A stretch of DNA of 64,000 nt from Octopus vulgaris (Eukaryota). A program made the translations under genes and the position numbers. A model generated the notes under the pieces. It did no database searches, had not been told where the DNA came from, and was given only the letters and a program-made list of their open reading frames with translations. Every line of letters starts with the position of its first letter. Position 1 is the first letter of the stretch. The stretch lies in the NCBI GenBank assembly GCA_951406725.2, contig OX597831.1:38068001-38132000 (forward strand). Direction: 5' to 3'. Shown one piece after another: positions 37,685 through 52,420 of the stretch.

Positions 37685-37938
37685 TTCTCGGTTTCTATGG
37701 CCCATGTCTTTCCCCAGCTGGACGAGACGCCAGTTCATCGCAGCCTTACTCAAGAAAGATTGAGGGAAAGTTGGAGCAAAAGAGAGAGTACAAGAGGGGT
37801 CGCCACCATCCCCTGCCGAAGCCACATGGATCTTTAGGTGTTTTCGCTGAATAAACACACACAACGCCCGGTCTGGGAATTGAAACCGCGATCCTCCGTC
37901 CGCGAGTCCACTGCCCTAATAACTGGGCCATTGCACCT

Positions 37939-37941
<3 letters not shown>
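37685..37941 (-). mobile_element. SINE family C
   Basis: Reverse complement of the 47665-47949 family; tRNA-like head ends at CATTGCACCTCCA. Confidence 0.78.
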
Positions 37942-37980
<39 letters not shown>

Positions 37981-38098
37981 CTATGTATATATATGCATAT
38001 GATATGTATGTGTGTTATAATATATATATATATATATTATATATTATATAATCATATATATATAATCATATATATATATATACATTATGTATATATAT

Positions 38099-38179
<81 letters not shown>

Positions 38180-38247
38180 TATGTACATGCATAACTATCT
38201 ATTCATCAAACTCACTCTCTATCTCCCTCTCTCCCTCTCTCTATACA

Positions 38248-38334
<87 letters not shown>

Positions 38335-38792
38335 TTCTGGAACGGTTTGTAGGAAGGTATGAACAAAACATGATGCATATACACACCTGTAGAAATCGAC
38401 AAAATTTGTACCAGATAGTAATAATTACTCTGGAGTTACGAACGAGTAAAACCATGAAAACTTGGCTGCTGTACGATGAGAGATATATGTAAAAGAGTAA
38501 AATAATTTACGTGCCACTGTGAATGTGTTCGTCTCAGTATATTTATATTCAGAATACTTTGGTCTGAGAAGAGAGATAGAAAATGAGAAAGAGTACTTAT
38601 GATGGAAATGTTTGCAAATATTTAGCAAGTATGTCAAGGTTACTCATCCCTTTTGACTGTAGAGAATATTGAGGGAAGTATTATCTTCTACATCCGGTCA
38701 ACCATTGACACAGAGATGTGAGCCAAATTAAAATAAAAAATGATAATAAAAATAATATTAACAACACCAACAATAATATTAATAATAATAAC

Positions 38793-38868
<76 letters not shown>

Positions 38869-41800
38869 CCATGAATGTATTGTGTCTATAAAATGGGTGA
38901 GAGGAGGTTGTTCTCGAAGGGAAAACAGAAATTATGTGAAGAACGTGTATGATTGATTGAATAGCAAAGTCATAGTGGCAATGGGGAATGATAAGGAATT
39001 ACAAACGGGGGGAAGTTGAGAAGAAACAAAAAGAAATGTTAGTATTTTGGATATTTTCAATACAAAGGTTCACATGACTATTTTCTTGTTTTCTTTTCTT
39101 AATATTAGAGTTTGTTAGAGGGAAATATATTTCAATAGAAAGTACGTCGTATGTTTTCGTTTCTATAGTCCATACTGGCATAAATTAAACAATTCATCAC
39201 GCTAATCTATGAAGATGCTGGAAATGATAGAAACAACAGCAAAATCCCTCAACCAAAACAAGAATGTTGCATTGAAAAATTAAGTCCTTTTCGCCCGAAA
39301 TATGTTGTAATCCAGGCTCATATAGTTTCCGTCATTGGCCTGCTTGATTATAAATAATTTATGGCGAAAAATTTCCAAACTGACACTCGTCATAAGTATT
39401 AATATATATTCCTGTGATCACACTAAATATTTCAGAGCTATTTATTTGGATACTTCTCCTCCTAATGTGATTGTATTAAATTTTAAATATTCAAACCCTC
39501 TTTTGGCATACACACTCACACACACGTCCACTACTACATTCTTCCAGGTATCTCAGATTCTCTTTGACAGTCGCTCTATTCTGCCACTAGAGATATTCTA
39601 ATACACACATATTTGAAGATGTGGTGTGCATTTGCTGAATTTTGTAAAATAAAATTATAAATGAAAGGTTGGCGAATTTAGACACTCAGATTCTACATTA
39701 CTTACAGAGTGTTTCTTTAATATTTGCTTCGGTTCATATACCTACTATGTGTTTGTATTAAATCCTGGAGTAGTTCTCTCATTAATCAACTATACTACTT
39801 AATTGTCTATGTCTATCTGGAATCAAATCAACACATTCTTGCTGCCATTATTAGGAACGATGTTTTTCGATATTGAAGATTGATTCATTCTGTTCAAACT
39901 CTATGACGTGCTATGCCTGATGCATAGGCATTATCCTTGATCCACAAATCACATTATAACGTATTCTAACAGGAAAGAATAATGTAGTTTGAGATTCCCA
40001 AACAAAAGATGGGACGATTGTATTTGAAATGCCTTAGATCAAAGATCAGCTTGATCAGGATTCACTTGTGATTAAAAACAAAAAGATCAACACCGTCAAA
40101 TTATTAGACAAACACCGAACACAGAAGTAATGTATTTTTATACCAACCGGCGCGTTCACTATGAGATATTATAAAGCTATCATAAATGTATTGTCATTAC
40201 TGGAAATCAGATTCTGCGCCATTAATTCAAAAATTTTCTCCCATCATCAGAATTTAGTCTATTCTCAGAATCTAATGCACAGCAACTGATCCAGACTCGT
40301 AGAAAAAAAAATTGATAAATTGACTATAATTTTTTAAACTAATAATATTCAATAAAGAATTCTGTAACATTCTTCCTGAAATGCCATATAACACATCAAT
40401 GATTAAAAGTAACATTGCACAATTTATTTCCGGGTATTAGTTAGTTCTGCTATTAAAATTTTATATGCGACTCAGTCTGAAGATTTTACGAGAAGCATAA
40501 TAGGAAAAAATAGTGAAAAAATAAGAAAGTCATGAGAAATGATGACTTCGTTGAGAGAAATAGAAAATAACTTCTACAAATCTTCTACGAATTTCAGTCC
40601 ATATTCAAAGATTATGGTGAAAGAGAAAGCATTGATGTAATTTTGTTGCTTTCTTACTGACATTCAAATTTCCTCTCAGACTTTGAATACACATATGTGT
40701 TCTGAACATTCACAGGATGCATAGAAACACACATAGGCACGTGTATACACATTCATGCATACCTTGGATCATAGCTTATGCAACACCTGCAAATTTCTTG
40801 ATTTTTAGAAAGCAGTGTAGAAAATCATTGTGCAATTCTCTCTTTATGTGTACGTGTGTGAGTTTGTCCGTGAGTGTGTGCGAGCGTGTGCGTATTACAT
40901 TATTTTACTCATTTTCTTTCTACATTCTTGAAACTATTCATATGCTTGTTGTCTTTGTACTTAAATTTCAAAGAAGTTATTTTCTCTTTCTCACAACGCA
41001 ATTTTGTAATTTCACTCTCTGCGTTTTCGTAAAATTTCAATACAAATTTATTTTTCTTCATGTTTGTTTTGTTCCTATATCTTTAATTTTTAAAAACAGT
41101 TTTTGTTTCGTTTATAAAATTTATCTCTGTAATTATACGGAACCTCATTACATTGGGAATTATTTCCTTTTAAGATGGGTGATAAAATTACCGGATAAAA
41201 TACTGGAACAAAGGAAATTAGAGATTGTATTACCCTTCATAGAGATAATGGTGAGCTATGCAGAAGAGCAACGACTACAAGACCCAGCAGGGAAACAAAG
41301 AAATTAATAGTAAAAGGCTTTCAAAAATTAGTCTGTTATTTTCCTTATCAAAACTCTTCCTCTTAAGTTCCAGTTAAGTTGTGCATAGATGTCCTGTTCA
41401 TGTCTAATCATTTGTATAGATTTAAATCCGGTGAATGACCTGCTCTTTGAATTTATGGGTGAAGTGGAAGAGTGAATCATGGATGTAATTCTTAGAGAAA
41501 CTCAGTTTGACACTGTGTGGTTCAAACTTCGTATGAAATATACAGTCAATCCAATTGGTTTTTTTTTTAAATTGTCGATCATTTTCTGCTCAAAAGTCTC
41601 GGATCAAAATCTGGTGAACGACATTTGCCTAAGTTCCCATAGCGTGTGATCAAACCTTGGAGCTCATGTTTACCAAGCAAACTTCAAACATTTCCTCTAT
41701 GGTGCGTGCTTAAGCAACACATGTAATATAAATACCTCCTTTGAAAGTTTCTTACACAATCACTTATTCGTTCTCGCTTACGTTACTACAGAATTAATGA

Positions 41801-43545
41801 CTGGAGTACTAACAACATCATCTATATATTTCACTGAATACTTATCATTTAATGTAGAGTTCTTAACCTTTTATCAGTGTCGCAGACATTCGTAGGAAGT
41901 AGGAATTGGGCTACCTTCAAAGTAGGGGATAAAACCTTGACCAAAAAATCACTGAGGCATGATGTCTTCTCAAAGCATTCAAGATCCCGATTGTAGAATC
42001 AAAGGCGTATTAAATTAGCCAAGAAATCGGGATGGAATTAGCTGGAATGTACATCACAAATCTTCTCGTCGGAAGTTCTAACGATTCCACCAACTCACTG
42101 CCCTGAAGGTCTGTACTTTAATTCTATTGCGCTCAAAAGAATGAAAAGCAAAACTAGTCGGCACTGTATTTACATCATAAAGAAATTGTGATGTACGTCT
42201 CTAAAAGCTTTCTACAATTTCCATTTCAGAATATGCCTTCGTTAAACTAAGAAATTTAGTCAACATTTACATTTACAGTTTGGGAGTTTAGCTTGCACAT
42301 AGAATCTCTGGATGACCTCTTATAAATTCGTGGAATTTAAACACATGATAAGAAATATTTTATGGCTCGCGATGTACTGATGACAAAGAAAGAAATTATG
42401 AACAGACATTTAACTTTAATATAGTAAAGGGTTATCAAAATTTAATAAAATTTTAATTGTGATTAATTTTAAGTATTCTAATTATTTTTCTCTTTCATGT
42501 ATGTATTTTCTGACATACCCCTATTTTTCTCCTATATTTTTCTTATACTAATTTCCTAACCCTTTCGAAATTGCATCTATTTTACTCCCAATCGAGTTGT
42601 GTATTTCCCCTATCTTTGCACCATCCACCCTTCTACACTCTCTGTTCCTTTTTCTTCCATATATATATTCTTCGTTTCCACCAAATACGTTCTTAAAATA
42701 TTTCGCCATGTCTTCTAAAATTATCTCATTCGCTGATAGAATACACTGTTCACAAAATTAAATATCTGTTAAAATTCTCCTCACGACAAAGTAACCTTTA
42801 ACACCAAAAACCACCACCAATCTCTTAGAATTCTAATGATTATATTTAATCTTGACAATCGTTTGGTTCATTCTATTGATCTGATATCACCAGGTAAAAA
42901 TTATCTATTAATTATTATTTTGAACAAGCGAGAATTTAAACAGTCTGTAGCTCATACTTGATATATTGGCGTCACTAACAAGGGTTATATTTCTATTAAA
43001 TATGTCATAATTTATTGAACCATGTCATTACAAATTCTATCACTCCTTGACTCTCTGTTTCTCTTCCTGCTACCCTCTTATTTTCGATATATTTCTCACA
43101 CACTCAGAGACACATACACGCTACACGACTACATTATGTTGTCATACTTACGCACACAAACGTTCACTGCCTTTCAAATTCTTCAGCTAGCCAAGCATTG
43201 AGCCAGAACAAATGTTCTACTTGCAAATAAAACTCCATTTCTCTATCATCTTTTCTATATTTTCCTTTCTTTCTTTGCTTCTTTGCTTCTTTCTTTCTTG
43301 CTTTCCTCTTCACTTCAAGAACTTTATAAACTATTCACTGATCATGAAGTGGAAATTCCTCGTGTCAATTCTAATATAATTTCGACAAGTCACTGCAATA
43401 AATGAGGGATATTTAATCTTTAACAATAATTCTATAATGGCCTTCATTTTGTTAAATAGAAAGACCACGCACGCACATTTCAAATATTAATAATAGTGAT
43501 AATAATTACATATAAATATATGAATACGTATATATCTATTATATA

Positions 43546-44622
43546 TCGGAGGACTGATCAATAAATATCCGTACTGTTGCCATAGTAAAATAAAATAAAT
43601 GCGCCCTTTTAAAGCCTAGCCAGGCTCATGGCCCCGGTTTCCAGGTTTCCATGGCGTATGTATTCCCCAGCTGGACGGGACGCCAGTTCATTGCAGCGTT
43701 ACTCATTTTTGCTAGCTGAGTGGACTGGAGCAACGTGAAATGAAATGCTTTGCTCAAGAACGCAACGCGTCGCCCGATCCAGGAATTGAAACCACAATCT
43801 TACATTCAGGGTACTGACACCCTAACCACTAAGCCACGGGCCTCCACCTGTTGCCATATTAACGAAACTAAAGTACGCAGAGTGGAGTCACTTGACAACG
43901 ATTGGCTTTGAATTCTGCTGGGAAGGAAAGTGTAAAAGGTGGTGAACGTCGCAGTGACCATGAATGTGCATCAACTTTTGCTCAGGGGCCTACGCAAAAT
44001 TGAAAAAAGTGTATGGAGAGGAGTGTAAGAGCCGAAAAAGTGTCGATAGTGACGGACGTTTTGGGGTCCCGTACCCAACAGAACTGAAATAAATATCGCA
44101 TATCTTATTGCAGCTGTAATGAAGAATCGTCTAGTCTCCATCCGTGAGTTATGAGAGGATGTGCAAGGTATTTACGGTTCAGTTCAGTCCATTATCACAG
44201 ATTTGTGTAAGAGATGCATGTCTGTCAATGTTGTGTCAAGACAGCTTTCAGCTGAAAACGTACCGTCCCATTCGGCGCAGCTTGTGCAACAGTTTTGACT
44301 AAGCACAGCAACCCTCAGGTTCGACAGACACCATATACCCCAGACAACGTCCCTTGCGACTTTTCCTCTTTAAAAAATAATCAAATCCTGCTTGAAAGGG
44401 AGAAAATTTCAGGACGTCGAAGAAGTCAAAGCGAATGCGACGAGGCAGCTGCTATTATCCCAGACAACGAGTTGGAGGGATGCTTCCATCAATGGAAACA
44501 GCACTGGACGAAATGTGTAGCTTCCGAAGAGGACTACTTTGAAGGAGATTAAATGCGAAATTGCTACGCGCTATAGTTCCGATTTAATTGCCTCTGTCCG
44601 GATGCTTGTTGATCAGACGTGG
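43546..44622 (+). mobile_element. Mariner-family DNA transposon, internally deleted and interrupted by a SINE
   Basis: TIR-like ends GGACTGATCAATAAATATCCGTAC and GTCCGGATGCTTGTTGATCAGACG; remnant QTPYTPDNVPCDF (compare HPPYSPDLAPxDF) and C-terminus CFHQWKQHWTKCVASEEDYFEGD*. Confidence 0.8.
43589..43847 (-). mobile_element. tRNA-derived SINE (related to family C) nested in the mariner, 15-bp TSD
   Basis: TSD CTGTTGCCATAGTAA (43574-43588) and CTGTTGCCATATTAA (43848-43862); tRNA-like head on the minus strand. Confidence 0.8.
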
Positions 44623-44828
44623 TATATATATATATATATATATGTATATATACGCACACATTTCCACACACACACACACACACATATGTATATATGGAGG
44701 CGCATGGCCTAGTGGTTAGAGCAGCGGTATAGCCCTCAGATTATGTAAAGAGTCAATCTCTGTAATTATAAGCTCCGGACAATACACGCATACACACGCA
44801 CACGCATACACACACATAAATATATGTA

Positions 44829-44945
<117 letters not shown>

Positions 44946-45046
44946 GTAAATAATTATTCATTTTAAAAAACAACATTTATTTCCGGGTAGATTTCGGTAT
45001 GGAAATATAACCATTATCGGTAGGAACTTTTTTAAAAAGTTCTATG

Positions 45047-45248
45047 TATATAAATATATAAATAAAAGTGCAAGTAACAGGTTGCTTAGCCACATACCGA
45101 AAAATTAGGAATAGCAGTCAAAGACCGCTTATTTCTATGTTGTATGTGGAGTTATATATGCAGAAAATAGAAATAATCGGTCTTTGACTGCTATTTCTAA
45201 ATTTTCGGTATGTGGTTAAGCAACCTGTTGTTTGCCCTTTTATTTATA

Positions 45249-45258
<10 letters not shown>
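45047..45258. repeat. Inverted repeat with arms of about 90 bp and a spacer of about 30 bp, between TA tracts
   Basis: AACAGGTTGCTTAGCCACATACCGAAAAATTAGGAATAGCAGTCAAAGACCG is mirrored by CGGTCTTTGACTGCTATTTCTAAATTTTCGGTATGTGGTTAAGCAACCTGTT. Confidence 0.88.
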
Positions 45259-45318
<60 letters not shown>

Positions 45319-45430
45319 CTCGAAACGTCAATCCATCTTTCTTTCCTTCCCTGAGCGTCTGCTAATACTCTACATGTTCCACGTATTCACGTTGTTGTTT
45401 TTGTGCTCGTTCTTCGTTTTGGGGGATTTA

Positions 45431-45470
<40 letters not shown>

Positions 45471-45846
45471 TTATATATCTGCACTCACACATTCAAGTGT
45501 CCGCGTTAAAGAAAATTATTTCTGCCACGAAAGTAACATTGACACAACATTTGTCTCTGCACAGCAAAGATAAGCGTAGGCACGTAATGCATAAACAAAT
45601 AATTCTCTTGACAGTAGAATGACGTGAAGTATTGTAAAAAAAAATAAAGCTATATTTTAAAATTCTAAAATAAAAACAAGTCTATCTTTTAAAATTAGAT
45701 AAAAAATATTGAAGCATTTCATAAAATTTCAGTATATATAGTGAAGACATTTGTTGAAATAGTATTGGTATTGTAATTTATCGTGATGTATTTGGATTTT
45801 AAAAAAAAGTCTTGATTTACAAGTGCGTAAGTTTTGCTATTCTGAA

Positions 45847-46183
45847 GGCGGCGAGCTAGCAGAAACGTTAGCACGCCGGGCGAAATGCTTAGCTGTATTT
45901 CGTCTGCCGCTGCGTTCTGAGTTCAAATTCCGCCAGTGCGTTTGTCTGACCTTGTTTCTCGCCTTTGTGTATAGTCGCTTGTGCGTAGTAAAGAAATAGG
46001 TATTTCGACTGCTACTACGTTCTGAGTTCAAATTCCGGCGAGGTCTACTTTGCCTTTCATCCTTCCGGGGTCGATTAAATAAATACCAGTTACGCACTGG
46101 GGTCGATATAATCGACTGAATCCGTTTGTCTGTCCTTGTTTGTCCCCTCTGTGTTTAGCCGCTTGTGGGTAGTAAAGAAATAG
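45847..46183 (+). mobile_element. SINE family A with a partly duplicated module
   Basis: GGCGGCGAGCTAGCAGAAACGTTAGCACGCCGGGCG...; CGTTCTGAGTTCAAATTCCG occurs twice. Confidence 0.8.
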
Positions 46184-46260
46184 GTTTTGATATTTTTGAG
46201 ATGTTTTGATATTTTTGAGATGTTTTGATATTTTTGAGATGTTTTGATATTTTTGAGATG
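46184..46260. repeat. 19-bp minisatellite, 4 copies (GTTTTGATATTTTTGAGAT)
   Basis: Four exact copies directly after the SINE tail. Confidence 0.9.
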
Positions 46261-47096
46261 TTTTTTTTTTTTAAATCTCAGTACCGCCTCTCTCTCTAAC
46301 ATGCTTCCTCTCTCTTCCCTTTATTTACTATGCCTGAATTTCTTTTGAACTTTTTTGTTTATTGCGTTTCCTACCTACATTTGCAACACTAGCATATATT
46401 CTGAACGCAGTGAAACGAAGGAGTGCGATATTTAGCAGATTTAAAATGTCTTTTATTCCATTATATTCAAGTAGACAATCAAATAATGTCTTGCCTGGAA
46501 TAGCTAATAGAAATTAACGAACGCGTACAGACAATTGTTTAAGAACGTCGCCTTAAAAACATTACTTATTCGGTTTACAATCAGAGGGCATCATTTTTAT
46601 AGAACATCATTTATTAAATACTGTGTTTTGGCTGACGTTAGAGAGATGTGGGTTGCAGATGAGGCGGTCTTTAAACCAAATATTGGAGTAATATAAAAGA
46701 TATGGTTTGTGTATGTGTTTTCTTTGTTTCATCTACAATAGGCGCTGAAGACATTAACTCTGTATTATAGCTATTAGAAAATTTATCTTGTAAACAAATA
46801 TGCATTTATTTTCGTCTTTCGTCAAAGTACATTTTTAAATGAGTAATTGTGTGTTAAACAGCTTTAAGCTATTGTCAGTCTCGTAAATGGAAAGTAATTA
46901 CAACAAAAATTTTAACAACAAACATGACAATAACTAGCGTTTGATATTTGTAAAATTTGAAACAGAAATCATTAAATATAACTTAAGAAAAAAAAATGTT
47001 ATTTATTTTAATAAGTAATATTAACAAAGAAATGGAAAATTTTACAACAATTTTTGTAATAAACTTAAGCAACTAAGGAAATTACAAGTAGACATA

Positions 47097-47209
<113 letters not shown>

Positions 47210-47231
47210 TATATATATATATATATATATA

Positions 47232-47293
<62 letters not shown>

Positions 47294-47664
47294 TTAAAAC
47301 ATCTACATGTAAATTTATAATATACGGGGATGGTGAAACTTGAATAGTTATTATTTCCGTGCTTCTTAGTTTATATATGTATATTATTATTCCGCTTTCT
47401 TTCAAGATATCTTCCCAATGGATATGGTATAAAGAAAGAAAGAAAAAAGAGAGAATGAGAGAAGGAGGGAGAGTTTTTAACTTAGACCCGAGGATCTCTC
47501 GATGAAATTTCACCAACATTAACACGGTAGTTGCGTGTATGGGGGCAAACATTTGTTGTCACTGCAGGTATACTTATACCTACTGTTGTGTTACTAGATG
47601 TGCATATATGCATGTGTGCGAAATATAGCTGTCTGATTTATTTATCATTGTATATGTACACAGC

Positions 47665-47949
47665 GTGGAGGAGCAATGGCCCAGTGTTTAGGACAGCGGA
47701 CTCGCGGTCGGAGGATCGCGGTTTCGATTCCCAGACCGGGCGTTGTGTGTGTTTATTGAGCGAAAACACCTAAAGCTCCATAAAACTCCGGCAGGGGGCA
47801 CCCCTGTTGTACTCTTTCGCCCCAAATTTCTCTCACTCTTTCTTCTGGCATCCCGTCCAGCTGGGAGTAACACGTACGCCATAGAAACCGGTAAACCGGA
47901 CCTATGATCCTGACTAGGTTTGAAAAAGGCGCGTAAATAAATAAAAAAA
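47665..47949 (+). mobile_element. SINE family C with a 13-bp TSD
   Basis: A box TGGCCCAGTGTTTAGG, B box GGTTTCGATTCCC, A-rich tail; TSD ATATGTACACAGC at 47652-47664 and 47950-47962. Confidence 0.88.
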
Positions 47950-48558
47950 ATATGTACACAGCAGGTTCACATATTCACTTACATAATTAGATACTCATAT
48001 ATACACATATAAGCACATATTGATCTGAAGTATATACTGGTAATAGTCAATCAGCTTCTCTCATTTCATTCTAAACACAAATTGATCTCAGTAGATAGGA
48101 ATTTAAAAGTCCGGTATTTATTTCATCAACTCTTTTGCCAAACTACTAAATTATGTGAACATATGCAAATCAAAAACTGATGTCAAACGTTGGACTGATG
48201 AATGTATGTGAACAGCGGCAAATCAAAAACTGATCAAAAAAATTTTGACTGATGAACGCGAAGATACTCTCTCTCACACACACACGCACACATACACACA
48301 CCTACACACAAGCAACACTCACACAAACACACACATGCAAACAGACACACATACATACATTCACATACGCACGCATACATACATATATGTATATACATAC
48401 ACCATGAGCATCCTCTGTATCGTGTTAAGTCACAAGAAATTCATCTGCCCCGGGCTATAGTAGAGATCATTTTGCTTTAGGTGCCTTAGAGTGGGACTGA
48501 ACTGGAAAACCACGTTGCTGCTAATCAAATGTTTTCACCACAGAAACGTTTGTGCCTT

Positions 48559-48789
48559 GGCGGCGAGTTCGCAGAAACCTTAGCACGCCGGGCGACATGC
48601 GTATTGTTATTTCCTCTGTCTTTATGCTCTGAGTTCAAATTCCGCCGAGTTCTACTTTGCCTTTCATCCTTTCGGGGTCGATAAATTAAGTACCAGTTAC
48701 ATACTGAGGGCGATATAATCGACTGAATCCCTTTGTCTGTCCTTGTTTGTCCCCTCTATGTTTAGCCTCTTATGGGCAATGAAGAATGA
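48559..48789 (+). mobile_element. SINE family A, full length, 15-bp TSD, apparently nested in an older family B copy
   Basis: TSD AGAAACGTTTGTGCC at 48542-48556 and 48790-48804; central GCCTTTCATCCTTTCGGGGTCGATAAATTAAGTACCAG, which resembles the MetaSINE domain (from memory, unverified). Confidence 0.88.
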
Positions 48790-49842
48790 AGAAACGTTTG
48801 TGCCCTGTTAATACTTTTTGGGTATTCATTATCGTATGTATGTTTAAAGTATTTAAAGACATGATCCTCATGTAAATCCGAGTAGCCACATAATATTTTT
48901 GTTTTTCCTGCCTCATCTGTTTATAATTTGAATAACTACCTTATAAGTAGTCATAAAATTATATTCAAGAAAATATGTGGAGAATTTCAGAACGAACGCG
49001 AATTCTTTTGTTTAGCGTAAAAGCCTTGAGTTTTAACGTAAGCTGATGGAAAAACATTATCCTTCTATGAAAACATGCTTACAATATTAAGAGTTAACAA
49101 GGGCGTTCAGGTTGCAGATAATGTTCAGGTGCTGCAATTAACTTTTGGAGGTTACAATTTCAGTAAGAATGATGTGTCAGTGTTCAGAAATCTTAACACT
49201 GAGACGTACGTAATTATATCTATCCTGATAAGTAATTTGTCAATGCTCTTACAGAAATGGCTATTTATCACTCAAGCTGTGCTGATTATTATAATAACTG
49301 TGATAATGCAAACGTTATATAAATGTGATAAAGCTTTCAGGTCTATAGTTAAGTCACTATAATTACTTAGCTTATCAGCTTGATCTGCACAACCTGATTG
49401 TAACTTGACATTAGCAACTGCGCAATCGTCATTTTATCCTGGAAAATGATTTCCGCTTATAACATAGTAATTTATACACTACGCACAAAGGAAAATTCCG
49501 TAGCATTTTTACAATTTCATTTTCTAAGCGGTTGGATTTTCTTAAGGGTTCGAAAGAACAACTTAAAGCTGTTCATTTGCCAGAAGAATATACAGCTGCT
49601 CTTCTGCGCTTTCGAAACTCCGAATTTATCTTATAAAGAGTCACATAAGACATTCTGATACGACGTTCGGTATTTACCCAGGAATTGCTCTACGCAAACG
49701 ATATTAGTTACCATATGGTAAATGTTGCGCCACTTGCAAAGCCACAAATCAAGGTAACGATGAGGTAAATATAGGCATCAGCCTCGTAATTATTTACATT
49801 ATTTACATTCGGCGGATATTTGTCCTCATCTTGTTTGTTGTT

Positions 49843-49888
49843 AACACAACGTTTCGACGGAGATACCCTCCAACCTTCTTCAGGTGTC
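49843..49888 (-). ncRNA. Minimal type I hammerhead motif (GUU site)
   Basis: Minus strand GACAC CTGAAGA AGGTTGGA-GGGTATC-TCCGTC GAAA CG TT GTGTT. Confidence 0.6.
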
Positions 49889-49932
49889 TGGGGAAAATTT
49901 CATTCCTAAGGTATTTTTCGATGTTATTATTA

Positions 49933-49992
<60 letters not shown>

Positions 49993-49995
49993 GTG

Positions 49996-50027
<32 letters not shown>

Positions 50028-50076
50028 TGTTGTAGTAGTTGTTGTAGTAGCAGTAGTAGTAGTAGTAATTGTTGTT

Positions 50077-50112
<36 letters not shown>

Positions 50113-50835
50113 TTTATTTATTATTATTATAAACTTTGTATTAAGAGACAAGATGACGACAAATATCCATCGAATGTAAATAATGTACGTAATTCCTCAT
50201 CTCTTAAATATAGAACTGTATCAGCCTTGTAAGTTCTGCATTCAGTCATTTTCAAGGATGATTTTGGGTTAGGTGCAACATGAGTGTTGCTAGAGTAATT
50301 TGCATCTGGCTAGGTCTCATTCCCATCCCCATCTTGTGATTTACAATTATGAGGCGTGGCCGGCGAGAGCGGCAGAATAACAGGAGCTGAATATATTTGG
50401 CCGATTTTGAATCTGAAAATATTTCAAATAACTACTTGGCTGATGTGTATTAACGATGCTGGATATTTTCTACTCAAAAAAATTATTTTTGAAGCAAGCT
50501 TACATGGAGTTGGATATATCATATATATCGCCCAGATATAGGACTCATCCAAGATACACTCACGCCCTAGTACGTGCACGAATGACGTAAAGAGAGGCGA
50601 GGGGCACAGACTTAACACATATTACTAGCACGTTCAGTTTGACTTCTAAGTAATATCAAATCATTTATGTGACGTAAGATTGGTTCACGATTGACTATGT
50701 CTGTAGCGAAACCGGTTCAGAAATCATCTCCCATTAAAATTACAACCAGAATATACACACACAAACACGCACACACACATATATACAAACATACACACGC
50801 TCACAACATCAGACAAACACACACTCATATACATA

Positions 50836-50866
<31 letters not shown>

Positions 50867-50867
50867 A

Positions 50868-51090
50868 CTCTTTTAATCCTTTACTTGTTTCAGTAATTTG
50901 ACTGCGACCATGCTGGAACAGCGTATTTAGTCGTGCAAATCGGCCCCGGGACTTATTCTTTGTAAGCCCAGTACTTATTCTATCGGTCTCGTTTGCCAAA
51001 CCGTTAAGTGACGGGGACGTAATCACACCAGCGTTGGTTGTCAAACAATGTTAGGGGGACAAACAAAGACACACAAACATACACACAGAT

Positions 51091-51122
<32 letters not shown>

Positions 51123-51266
51123 ATATATATATACGATATATATATATATACTCGTATATATATACATCACGAGGCTTTGGTCGGCCCGAGGCTATAGTAG
51201 AAGACACTTGCCGAAGGTGGCACACAGTGGGACTCAATCTAGTTACCACACAACCACTCCTGCGCC
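50868..51266 (-). mobile_element. SINE family B
   Basis: Reverse complement of 19547-19938, including both modules. Confidence 0.8.
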
Positions 51267-51269
51267 TAC

Positions 51270-51311
<42 letters not shown>

Positions 51312-51781
51312 ATGTGTGTGTGTGTGTGTGTGCATGTGTGTGTGTATGTATATGAATATATATGTCTCAGTGTGCATCTCTGTGTACGTTTGTGTGCATG
51401 CATGTATGTGTGATGGATCAAAATATAAATACAATGAAAAGTATAATTTTGTAATATAAATATCATATAGTTTTAAACCCAGCAATAAGAAGTAAACAAG
51501 ACGATTATTAGACAAGCTTTTGTCTACGCATGAAAGAAACCTGAGGACAGATTCGACTACGTTTCAGTTTTTTAATACGTAATAATTGATTTCACATGTA
51601 TATATATATATACATATACGTATGTATGCATACATGTGTAAGTTTGTATGTATGCATCAATGTATGTATATACATATGTATAAATATATATACATATATA
51701 TATAAATAAACATATATGTATAGATGTATAAATACATATATATATATATATATAAACATATATGTATAGATGTATAAATAC

Positions 51782-51822
<41 letters not shown>

Positions 51823-52056
51823 TGTGCATATATACATATATATATACACGTGTATGCATGTACATCTGCATGTACGTATATACATTGAGTGAAACGTGTG
51901 GTTATCACAACAGAAGATAACTAGACAGAATTATATTTTAAAATAATTATCACGGAATAAATACTGAAATATCTATTTTTATACATACACGTTTACATGG
52001 TTATATAAATATATATACATATATATCCTATATATATACATATATATATATATATA

Positions 52057-52107
<51 letters not shown>

Positions 52108-52114
52108 ATATATA

Positions 52115-52156
<42 letters not shown>

Positions 52157-52337
52157 ATGCATCGATATGTATATACGTATATCACATTCACACAGACACT
52201 CACATATAATATATATATATGTATACGTACATATATATATATATATACATATACCTATATATATGTGCATATTATGTATGTACGTATATCACACACACAT
52301 AATATATATATATATACACACACACACAAACACACAA

Positions 52338-52420
<83 letters not shown>

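Noticed and set aside
40717-41307. 196-aa ORF as a host gene
   Set aside because: F/L/C-rich composition typical of AT-rich non-coding DNA, with no recognisable domain or splice support.
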